Assembly (NCBI GenBank): GCA_016208305.1 | Contig: JACQYI010000009.1 | Coordinates: 842,604-874,603, forward strand | Origin: Oscillatoriophycideae cyanobacterium NC_groundwater_1537_Pr4_S-0.65um_50_18 | GTDB taxonomy: Bacteria; Cyanobacteriota; Cyanobacteriia; Elainellales; Elainellaceae | Direction of reading: 5' to 3' | DNA: 32,000 bases | Part shown: positions 25,301 to 32,000 of the stretch, in pieces | Position numbering within the stretch: position 1 is the first letter of the stretch | Layout: each line of letters begins with the position of its first letter | Program-made: the position numbers and the translations under genes | The notes under the pieces: generated by a model | What the model saw: only the letters and a program-made list of their open reading frames with translations | What the model was told of the DNA's origin: nothing | The model's database searches: none

Positions 25301-25324
25301 GGATTTCCTAACGGGATTTCCTAA
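25301..25324. repeat. Direct repeat GGATTTCCTAA x2, period 13
   Basis: Read directly: 25301-25311 and 25314-25324, in the 930-bp intergenic region. Confidence 0.85.
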
Positions 25325-25502
25325 TATGCGAGGCACATCACAAAATCACATTTAATTAGACCTACAGAAGTTGCCAGAAGTAAACCCAGAATGCCCAGTT
25401 TCACTCTTCCAGGCATCGACCCTCAGTAAAGCTTTACACTCATTTTCGACTCAAATTAATGTCTCTGTTCTGCCACTTGTAGATAGCTATAGATAGATAG
25501 CT

Positions 25503-25537
25503 ATAAAAAGCAAAGAGACGCTCTAAAGAGCGCCTCT
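25503..25537 (-). terminator. Rho-independent terminator on the minus strand (stem AGAGGCGCTCT / AGAGCGTCTCT with one mismatch, then UUGCUUUUUAU)
   Basis: Arms at 25514-25524 and 25527-25537. The U-rich tract is the complement of 25503-25513. It lies about 190 nt downstream of the infC stop. Confidence 0.55.
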
Positions 25538-25724
25538 ACATAATAAAGTCACAGGAGCGAGAAGCCTAAGCAGTCGCCATGACTGAAAAAATTGTCTGAA
25601 ACCATTGCCTCTCAGGCTTATGGCTGAAAAGCGAGTTTACCGACAAGCAGCTTAGGGTGAACTCGCTTTCCAGCAATCCTAAAACAGGTTTTCTCAAACG
25701 CCAGAGCGATCGCTCCACTGGACT

Positions 25725-26309
25725 TTACACTTTCTTGGGGGAAAGCATCATCATCATGTTGCGGCCTTCGCGCTTAGGCGCTTGCTGCAACTCGGCTACT
25801 TCCTGCAAATCAGTTGCCATCCGCTTCAGCAGCTCTTCAGCAAGATCGCTATGCTGAATTTCCCGACCCCGAAACATGATCGTAGCTTTTACCTTATCTC
25901 CAGCCTTGAGAAACCGCTCGGCCTGATCGACGCGAACCTGGTAGTCATGAGCCTCGATCTTGTAACGCATCTTGACTTCTTTTACATCAGAAGTATGCTG
26001 CTTTTTGCGCGCTTCTCGAGCCTTTTTCTCTTGTTCAAACTTGAACTTGCCGTAGTCCATGATCCGACAAACGGGTGGGTCTGCCTTGTCGCTGACCAGC
26101 ACTAAGTCTAGTTCTTTCTCTTCCGCCATCCTCTGGGCTTCCCGAGGAGTCAGAATTCCTAATTGGCTGCCGTCTGTATCAATTACCCGAATTTTCGGAA
26201 AGCGTATCCGCTCATTGATAGCTGGTAAGTCGCGATTTGGTTTGATCAGGGTGTTGTTGTTCAAGGTTCCTTTGTCGAGAGTGAGGTTAAGGTCAATGGT
26301 CAGTTCCAT
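25725..26309 (-). CDS. infC: Translation initiation factor IF-3
   Basis: [79 protein letters not shown] ... [23 protein letters not shown] is unmistakably IF-3. The ATG at 26309 gives an unusually long N-terminal extension. An in-frame TTG at 26264, preceded by AAGGA, is an alternative start. Confidence 0.93.
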   Translation of the reverse strand: MELTIDLNLTLDKGTLNNNTLIKPNRDLPAINERIRFPKIRVIDTDGSQLGILTPREAQRMAEEKELDLVLVSDKADPPVCRIMDYGKFKFEQEKKAREARKKQHTSDVKEVKMRYKIEAHDYQVRVDQAERFLKAGDKVKATIMFRGREIQHSDLAEELLKRMATDLQEVAELQQAPKREGRNMMMMLSPKKV

Positions 26310-26650
26310 CAGGTAGCTGATGGAAGCATAACTTGGAAGATTGCGATCGCAGCTCAGAAGAACTAAGCCGCAATTAGGCTACAAAAAGTCTACTGGAAAT
26401 AAACTAAATCAAAGCTAGGGCTAAATATCTCCTAACTCTATGGTAAGTCTCACTTGTGAAAGTGGAACTATTTCGTTACATGGTGATATCTTAACGACCC
26501 TCCCCCTGACTCTGTCTAGGGCAAATATAAGGATTTTTTAGATTTTTTGTAGATAGGCGATCGTTTCTATCTCCTGTGAGAGCCGTCTTTCAAGCTAAAA
26601 GGCAAGCTAGCCTGCTTGATTCTGTAGAGCTATGTTAACCGAGCGCATAA

Positions 26651-27331
26651 ATGAGAAAACAATTGGATCGGTGGGGCAGCCTAGCAGATCTCTTTCTGAA
26701 GGCTGAATGTCCTCTCTGTCAACGTCCTGCCGCAGATATTTGCCCCGCCTGCCTCAAGCAGCTACAGCAATGTCGCTTGCCTCAGCCTAGTAAATTTTGG
26801 CATCCTCCCTTACCTGTATTGGCTTGGGGAAGCTATGGCGGCGCGCTGAAGCGGTCGTTGGCAGCACTGAAATATAACAATCAGCCTCGGATAGGGCGTT
26901 TGCTAGGGCATCATCTGGCCGAAGCTTGGCTAGACTCTCCAGCGATCGGCCATTCTTTAGTCAAGCCGCTGATTGTCGTGCCTGTTCCACTTCATGCTAC
27001 CAAACAGAAGCAACGAGGCTATAACCAGGCAGAGCTGATTGCCCGCGCCTTCTGCGATCGTACCCGCCTGCCTATGTCCCAAGGGTTGAGGCGCGATCGA
27101 GCCACTGAAGCTCAATTTGGTTTAACTCCAGAAGAACGGATGCAGAACTTGGCGAATGCTTTCTGTGTCGATGACCGTTTCCGCAAGCGCCATGCCTCTA
27201 AAACCGTCCTGCTAATAGATGACATTTACACAACCGGGACGACGGCACGATCTGCTATTCACGTTTTGCGCCAGAGCGGTTTTGGGGTTGCTGGCATCTT
27301 GGCGGTTGCTAAAGCTGAGATGCAAGGCTAA
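26651..27331 (+). CDS. comF: ComF-family protein (phosphoribosyltransferase-domain, ComFC-like)
   Basis: N-terminal Cys pairs CPLCQRPAADICPAC and the C-terminal PRTase loop VLLIDDIYTTGTTARS. Confidence 0.85.
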   Translation: MRKQLDRWGSLADLFLKAECPLCQRPAADICPACLKQLQQCRLPQPSKFWHPPLPVLAWGSYGGALKRSLAALKYNNQPRIGRLLGHHLAEAWLDSPAIGHSLVKPLIVVPVPLHATKQKQRGYNQAELIARAFCDRTRLPMSQGLRRDRATEAQFGLTPEERMQNLANAFCVDDRFRKRHASKTVLLIDDIYTTGTTARSAIHVLRQSGFGVAGILAVAKAEMQG

Positions 27332-27370
27332 TTCAGGCTCAGTCTTACATCTCAGCAAATAGCTACTAGC

Positions 27371-28228
27371 CTAGCGTCTTCTGCTTCCAGACCTTGCCCG
27401 AGGCCGCGAGGTGCCAAAGCCGCTACCTGAGTTTGACCGTGCCCGTGTGGGGGTATTATTGCGGCGTAAATCCGTGGAACCAAAGCCAGAGCCGCTGGGT
27501 CGGTTAACTTGAGGACGTTTGACGCTGCCAGATGTGGAATTAGAAGGCGATCGCAACTGGCCTGTCGTTCGAAGCTGCTGATTGCGAACAGCCACCGGAG
27601 GGGCGCTATATCGACTCTGATAGTTACTGGCAGCCTGACCGTAAGTTCTTCCATAGCCACCGTAGCCTGTGAGCACGCCCCCTGGCTGATAGGCGGGTGG
27701 GAAATAGTATTGAGGCGTAAATAAAAGACTCCCCAAAGCCTGACCTGCTAAAGCACCTGCAAAAGGTGCCCAGAAGCTTGGCTCCTGACGAACAACAACA
27801 ACTTCTTGCTGTCCGGTTTGCGGATTGGCTTGAGTTTCAGTCACATTATGGACATACTCAATGCGAAAGTCTTCAGTCAAATGCAGCGCAGGCTGCCCTT
27901 GATCAACCCGCAGATAGCTTTTTTGACCTGCCTTAATTTCCTCATCCGTCAGGCGAGCCATCGGTAAATTTTCTAGTTGCAGTGTTGCAGGCTGTCCTGG
28001 GGGCGTATTCAGCAGCATCAACGTATATGCACCGTTGATGTCGTCGTAGGTGGCTTGCTGAACAGGGTAGGTGCCGTCGGTGATCTGCGCTTTCGTCGTA
28101 GCAGGGGTTGCGCTAGAGGCTGGAGACGGAGACTTAGCAGCCGTATTTTCTACCGAGGGGCTGTTGCAAGCCACGGTAGACACCATCAGCGTCAGCATCA
28201 TTGAAAAGAGTACAAATCTACGAAACAT
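27371..28228 (-). CDS. Hypothetical lipoprotein with a Gly/Tyr-rich and Arg/Ser-rich low-complexity C-terminal tail
   Basis: The preferred start is ATG 28228 (MFRRFVLFSMMLTLMVSTVACNS, a signal peptide with a lipobox-like TVAC), not the ORF-track start at 28300. The tail is ...GYGGYGRTYGQAASNYQSRY...RARSNSGSGFGTSRPRARSGSRRR. Confidence 0.6.
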   Translation of the reverse strand: MFRRFVLFSMMLTLMVSTVACNSPSVENTAAKSPSPASSATPATTKAQITDGTYPVQQATYDDINGAYTLMLLNTPPGQPATLQLENLPMARLTDEEIKAGQKSYLRVDQGQPALHLTEDFRIEYVHNVTETQANPQTGQQEVVVVRQEPSFWAPFAGALAGQALGSLLFTPQYYFPPAYQPGGVLTGYGGYGRTYGQAASNYQSRYSAPPVAVRNQQLRTTGQLRSPSNSTSGSVKRPQVNRPSGSGFGSTDLRRNNTPTRARSNSGSGFGTSRPRARSGSRRR

Positions 28229-28246
28229 GGTTAAGAGTAAATAGTG

Positions 28247-28317
28247 GGTCACGAGAATAAGGTCACGAGGGGGCAGAACAAAAGCTAAAAGCCTCAACAA
28301 CGCACCTCAACAACGCA
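28247..28317. repeat. Two short duplications in the spacer between the two minus-strand genes: GGTCACGAG x2 (28247-28255 and 28261-28269) and a perfect 13-bp tandem CCTCAACAACGCA x2 (28292-28317)
   Basis: Read directly. Confidence 0.85.
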
Positions 28318-28321
28318 GAGG

Positions 28322-28924
28322 CTACAGAGGAACTAGCTCTGGGTAATGCATCAAAAGCTGATCTGAAGTTAGCTCGTCGCCTATCTGTGCTGGAGAAAAG
28401 TGGACTTGTACGGCTCGCAAAATGCCCTGATAGTGTAGGTTAATCATGGCTTTGAGTGCGGCTGTGAGTGCGCTCATACTGCCTAAATCTGTTTCTAGGG
28501 CAGGTATATCGCCTTCACAAGCGATCGTCAGCATAATGACTACGTTCTGCGTTATGGGCACAGAAAAGGCTGCGTCTGCACTCTCCTCTGGGTCATCGCC
28601 ATACACGGCGCTACCATACCGCTGAGCCGAGTCGGTAAACAACTCAGTTACATAATCTCCAGCCTCACCTTCATCAAAAAATACATCGCCTTCATTGGCA
28701 ACAGATTTCCAGTAGATGTCATGTTGCAGCAAACTCTGGCAGATTTCCGCTAGACCTTCTCCCAAAGCCTCCAGATCTCCCTCGGCTTGGATAGCCTGCC
28801 GCGCGGCATGATTGAGCACGCCCAGCAAAGGAGCAACTTCGTTGCCAGCCAAGTGAATCATGACACGGCAAACCACAATGCGAGTCTTGCCCCTGTTACT
28901 GAACCGATCGCGCCAAGCATTCAT
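28322..28924 (-). CDS. Conserved hypothetical protein resembling the soluble part of DUF1517-family proteins (no TM segment here)
   Basis: The pattern RIVVCRVMIHLAG...LLGVLNHAARQA...GLAEICQSLLQHDIYWKS ... VQVHFSPAQIGDELTSDQLLMHYPELVPL resembles DUF1517 as I recall it (...LWTPQ..D.LT..ELL..YP.L..L). This is a tentative call. Confidence 0.55.
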   Translation of the reverse strand: MNAWRDRFSNRGKTRIVVCRVMIHLAGNEVAPLLGVLNHAARQAIQAEGDLEALGEGLAEICQSLLQHDIYWKSVANEGDVFFDEGEAGDYVTELFTDSAQRYGSAVYGDDPEESADAAFSVPITQNVVIMLTIACEGDIPALETDLGSMSALTAALKAMINLHYQGILRAVQVHFSPAQIGDELTSDQLLMHYPELVPL

Positions 28925-28958
28925 GAGTAACTCCCTTTTAAAATGCTGGATAGACTTA

Positions 28959-29012
28959 GACTAGCGGGTCTTGGACTAACGGGTCTTAGACTAAACGAGT
29001 CTCGGACTAGAC
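28959..29012. repeat. 15-16-bp tandem array, about 3.5 copies (GACTAGCGGGTCTTG / GACTAACGGGTCTTA / GACTAAACGAGTCTCG / GACTAGAC)
   Basis: Read directly; intergenic, upstream of the 28322..28924 gene. Confidence 0.85.
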
Positions 29013-29192
29013 AGATCAGATAACTGTTGACCTGGTTAAATTTGTTGGTTTGGATGAACTTGGACAAGGTGATTCTGGGGCAAGATTCTAGGACAACATT
29101 AATGAGAGAAATTAAACAGATGGGATAGATGCAGCAGAAGCAAGTGCTAAACCGGGAAAAACGCGCCCGATCGCTTAAATTCGGCTCAGTCG

Positions 29193-29234
29193 CTCAACTA
29201 ACCCAGCTCGACTAACCTAGCTCAACTAACTTAG
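29193..29234. repeat. 14-bp tandem array x3 (CTCAACTAACCCAG / CTCGACTAACCTAG / CTCAACTAACTTAG)
   Basis: Read directly; intergenic, about 165 bp upstream of dacB. Confidence 0.85.
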
Positions 29235-29250
29235 AGGCGATCGCCTCTAA
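29231..29250. repeat. 20-bp perfect palindrome centred on HIP1: TTAGAGGCGATCGCCTCTAA
   Basis: Read directly. It overlaps the last unit of the 14-bp array. Confidence 0.85.
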
Positions 29251-29396
29251 ATCCTTCTATCTAAAGTTTTAGCTTGTGAGAAGTGCTAAAAGAGAGGCGG
29301 ATTTCCGCCAGTCTTATTCGGTTTTACAACTTTGAGTCTGAGTTTTGAGTTTACGATGGGCATTATGCTTTCTTTCAGAAAAAATCTCAGGGAAAA

Positions 29397-30911
29397 GTGC
29401 CGAAGCTCTTATATTTCATCCAGTCTTTCGTTCACCCATCAGCTCGTTTTAGTCTAATTCAGCTGGTTTTGCTGTGCCTAGTTCTGTTGAACCCCGCAAC
29501 GGCGCAGACGCTCTGCCCAGCAGAGTTGGATGGGGCGATCGCTACCATTACAGATGATCCACAACTGCGTCGTGCGCGCTGGGGAATTTTGGTACAAAGG
29601 CTAAACAGCCCTTCTTCTCCGACAGTTTATGCCCAGAATGCAGAAGATTTTTTCATTCCGGCCTCTAACGTTAAGCTGCTGACTACCGCCGCAGCCTTGA
29701 CGCGACTTAACCCAGAGTTTCGCATCCGAACTTCGATCTATCAAATTAAAGATCAATCAACGGCTACTCTTCTACGCGTTGTCGGACGGGGCGACCCTAG
29801 CCTAACGGATGTGCAATTACAGACGTTAGCTCAACAGCTCCGCGATCGCGGCATCACTCAGATCGATCGGCTTGTACTAGATGACCAATACTTTCGGGGC
29901 GATGCCATTAACCCAACATGGGAATGGGAAGACATTCAGGCAGGCTATGGAGCTGCGGCCAATAGCCTCATCGTCAATCAAAATGCTATCGGCCTGACGT
30001 TGGTGCCACAGGCAGTAGGAGAACCCTTACGGGTCGTTTGGGATGATCCTGCCATAGGCCAGCGCTGGCAAATTGACAATCGCTCTGAAACCGTTGCACC
30101 CGATCAACCTGAATTTCTTCAAGTGGGGCGGGCTTTTAGCCAGCTTATCCTACAGGTTGAAGGTCAACTGCGGGCAGGTTCTGCCTCAGAGCCAGTCGCC
30201 ATTTCGGTGCCTCAGCCTATCGCATATTTTGGCGATCGCTTGCAGTTAGCCCTTAGCGCAGTTGGTATTGAAGTCAAGCAAACTCAGGTTGCCAACGATC
30301 AAACCACTTGGTTAGATCAGGCCGTGTCAGATCAGGCGCTCGAAATAGCCGCAGTTGAATCAGCCCCGCTGGCAAAGCTGCTCATAGAAACCAATCAAAA
30401 CAGCAACAATCTTTACGCAGAGGCAATTTTGCGTGCTCTGGGAGCCAATACATCTCTGCAAGGCAAGCTTAATAATAGCTCTAGCCTGAGAACGGGGCTG
30501 GATGAAGTGAGAGCAACCCTGCTAGAGCTAGGCGTAAATGGCGAAAACTATCAACTGGCAGATGGTTCAGGGCTATCTCGTCGAAATCTCGTCAGCCCAG
30601 CGGCTTTAGTAGAGACTCTGCAAGCGATGCAGCGATCGCCTCATGCCACAGCTTATCTCAACAGCCTCGCAGTTGCCGGAGTCAGCGGCACCCTGCGCCA
30701 TCGATTTCAAAATAGTTCTGTGCAGGGGCATCTCCAAGGCAAAAGTGGGTTCCTGAGCGGTGCTGCTGCACTATCAGGTTTTTTACAACCACCTAGCCAC
30801 CCGCCGATCGCCTTCAGCATTATAGTTAACTCATTTGACCTACCCTTCGAGCAGGTTCAGTCTGCGATCGACCAAGTCGTTGAAACCCTGCAAACTTTGA
30901 GACACTGCTAG
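29397..30911 (+). CDS. dacB: D-alanyl-D-alanine carboxypeptidase/endopeptidase, PBP4 family (peptidase S13)
   Basis: Signal peptide (...LVLLNPATAQT), SxxK motif in FIPASNVKLLTTAAAL, DGSGLSRRN (SxN region) and GKSGFLSG (K-T/S-G). GTG start at 29397, with no upstream ATG in frame. Confidence 0.9.
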   Translation: MPKLLYFIQSFVHPSARFSLIQLVLLCLVLLNPATAQTLCPAELDGAIATITDDPQLRRARWGILVQRLNSPSSPTVYAQNAEDFFIPASNVKLLTTAAALTRLNPEFRIRTSIYQIKDQSTATLLRVVGRGDPSLTDVQLQTLAQQLRDRGITQIDRLVLDDQYFRGDAINPTWEWEDIQAGYGAAANSLIVNQNAIGLTLVPQAVGEPLRVVWDDPAIGQRWQIDNRSETVAPDQPEFLQVGRAFSQLILQVEGQLRAGSASEPVAISVPQPIAYFGDRLQLALSAVGIEVKQTQVANDQTTWLDQAVSDQALEIAAVESAPLAKLLIETNQNSNNLYAEAILRALGANTSLQGKLNNSSSLRTGLDEVRATLLELGVNGENYQLADGSGLSRRNLVSPAALVETLQAMQRSPHATAYLNSLAVAGVSGTLRHRFQNSSVQGHLQGKSGFLSGAAALSGFLQPPSHPPIAFSIIVNSFDLPFEQVQSAIDQVVETLQTLRHC

Positions 30912-30968
30912 AAAGCAGACAAGACCTAACTTGCAACAACTCACAGCAGCCGTAGTTGAGATAACAGC

Positions 30969-31304
30969 CTAGACTAAGGCAGGACGCGCTTCAGAAGGCT
31001 TGATTTGAAACTTCACCAGATTAGCAAGCTCTTGAAGCTGACTGATGGCTTCTGCTCCTTCTAGCTTCATGAGTTCGCGATCGTCTCTCATTTCAGTCCA
31101 GGTAATTCCGTAGTCAGAAACCAGGAAACGAATCAGGTGGTTCTCTCCCAAGCTCACCATAAACGAGGCGCTATTCATCTGCCCGCCGCAGGTGTAGCAA
31201 GAGGCTAGGTAACCCCGCTGCTCCAATACGATGGCTAGTGCCTGAAGATTCATGACCAAATCTTGGACAAATTTGCGATGCTGCTCCGCAAGTCTGAGAA
31301 ACAT
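30969..31304 (-). CDS. Hypothetical protein (111 aa)
   Basis: ATG-initiated ORF with AGAGGAGA about 7 nt upstream of the ATG on the minus strand. I recognise no family. Confidence 0.55.
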   Translation of the reverse strand: MFLRLAEQHRKFVQDLVMNLQALAIVLEQRGYLASCYTCGGQMNSASFMVSLGENHLIRFLVSDYGITWTEMRDDRELMKLEGAEAISQLQELANLVKFQIKPSEARPALV

Positions 31305-31386
31305 ACTTAATCTCCTCTCGCCACAATTAACACAATTCTAGAACCTTTTATAATTTCTTAAACATTCGATCTCAGATATTTGACTT

Positions 31387-31528
31387 TTTGAAAACAGAGC
31401 CAAAGCCATCGATGGAGCACCTGAAGACTGGGAAAGCAATTACCTTCCTTTGAAAACTGTCAGGAACAGGTGCCAAAGCCAATGGCGTTGAAAAATATAA
31501 ACTTTAAAAAACCCAGCCTTGAAAACCC
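31387..31528. repeat. Dispersed direct repeats: TTTGAAAAC...GCCAAAGCCA..ATGG module twice (31387-31415 and 31449-31485), plus further TTGAAAA(A/C) copies at 31487-31496 and 31518-31528
   Basis: Read directly, in the AT-rich 575-bp region upstream of the 111-aa gene. Confidence 0.7.
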
Positions 31529-31825
31529 AATAAACCGTGTAAACCCTAAAGATGCAGTTAGGACAACTTACCTAAAGCTTTCGGATAGCAGACTCACTAG
31601 GAATTTTAGAAATCCAGAAGCAAGCTAGCTTAAAAGTAGCCACCCATACAGAGTGATGCAGTATAAGTCATGACATAAGCCAAATGAGCTGACACAATCA
31701 ACACATTCACGGCTCAAGCAGACCCAAAATTAGCAAATCCAGTCTCAGCCTAACCTGTTAACCTAATATCTGCCCAGCTACTTAGACCTTTCGATACATA
31801 TTTTTAATATAACCCCACAGTTTCG

Positions 31826-31859
31826 TCATAAAAATTAATTCTTATGCTACAAAGCATAA
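31826..31859 (-). terminator. Candidate Rho-independent terminator of the partial right-edge gene (stem TTATGCT / AGCATAA, then AAUUAAUUUUUAU on the minus strand)
   Basis: Arms at 31842-31848 and 31853-31859. The U-rich tract is the complement of 31826-31841. It lies 22 nt downstream of the stop at 31881-31883. Confidence 0.4.
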
Positions 31860-31880
31860 CGCTTCAGTGGTAGACAAACT

Positions 31881-32000
31881 TTAAAGGAAGTGCGTGCACT
31901 GCCCATGAACTCGCTCAGCCATTAATTTAGCAATTAGGGCAGTGCTTATCAGGCCTAATTGACCTGCCACCAGCCCAATCCAGGGCCAATTAAACGCACC
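31881..32000 (-). CDS. 3' end of a gene entering from beyond the window (39 codons visible; hydrophobic C-terminal segment)
   Basis: The minus-strand frame is open from base 32000: GAFNWPWIGLVAGQLGLISTALIAKLMAERVHGQCTHFL*, with stop TAA at 31883-31881. It looks like a TM helix and is followed by a terminator-like hairpin. Too short to identify. Confidence 0.3.
   Translation of the reverse strand, partial: GAFNWPWIGLVAGQLGLISTALIAKLMAERVHGQCTHFL

Noticed and set aside
24739-25311. ORFs in the 930-bp intergenic region: 24739..25077 (minus), 25108..25311 (plus), and a roughly 76-codon start-less open frame on the minus strand around 25081-25311 (...RFWKIEKALPFIEAMQCKNRTLHYGLRSAINLGEKRNLHFPKKFIAIASNPRK...).
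   Set aside because: - None has a recognisable family, a convincing start or an RBS.
- The first overlaps the start of the 1001-aa gene and contains a tandem DNA repeat.
- The start-less frame could be a gene remnant, but I cannot support that without a BLASTX search.
28959-29234. Whether the short tandem arrays here (and at 4024-4064) are a CRISPR array.
   Set aside because: The units are 14-16 bp and directly abut each other with no spacers. The arrays have at most 3.5 copies, and no cas genes are present in the window.
1-32000. A search for mobile elements, prophage, integrase/transposase genes, tRNA or rRNA genes, or a defence island.
   Set aside because: - No ORF translation shows transposase, integrase, Cas, restriction or abortive-infection signatures.
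- I noticed no tRNA-like T-arm or acceptor pattern and no rRNA-like stretches.
- The only TA-type element is the decayed hicBA locus.
- A tRNAscan / Infernal / ISfinder run would be needed for certainty.

Overview
This looks like a cyanobacterial chromosomal segment. The HIP1 octamer GCGATCGC recurs throughout (e.g. 218-225, 371-378, 1051-1058), a photosystem I gene (psaX) is present, and several small proteins resemble cyanobacteria-restricted families. All family names come from reading the translations and from recall; no database search was run.

The window is gene-dense and mostly housekeeping. Recognisable genes:
- a 5'-truncated LivJ/K-like binding protein and a solitary LivH-like permease
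- a YqgF/RuvX-like nuclease, an RlpA-like protein, DUF760 and DUF2949-like proteins
- ftsH, hicB, ldhA, phosphoketolase (xfp), a DoxX-like protein
- an RTX calcium-binding protein
- an HMA metallochaperone coupled to a DUF2079-like membrane protein
- psaX (missed by the ORF track), lipA, an orphan response regulator, a DUF427-like protein
- a cNMP-binding protein next to a 1001-aa transporter-HEAT fusion
- infC, comF, a lipoprotein, a DUF1517-like protein and PBP4 (dacB)

I found no rRNA, tRNA, CRISPR array, intact transposase, prophage or recognisable defence island, and I cannot point to a compelling, clearly novel multi-gene system.

The most promising leads, all inferential:
1. the transporter-HEAT protein paired with a stand-alone cNMP-binding protein
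2. the translationally coupled HMA / DUF2079 pair
3. a seven-repeat (propeller-like) RTX protein with no secretion genes nearby
4. a decaying islet between ftsH and ldhA: a TPR fragment broken by a 14-bp tandem duplication, an intact hicB and a degraded hicA
5. a recurrent pattern of 13-20 bp tandem duplications in intergenic DNA
6. long structured non-coding regions at 1909-2378, 3969-4770 and 31305-31880
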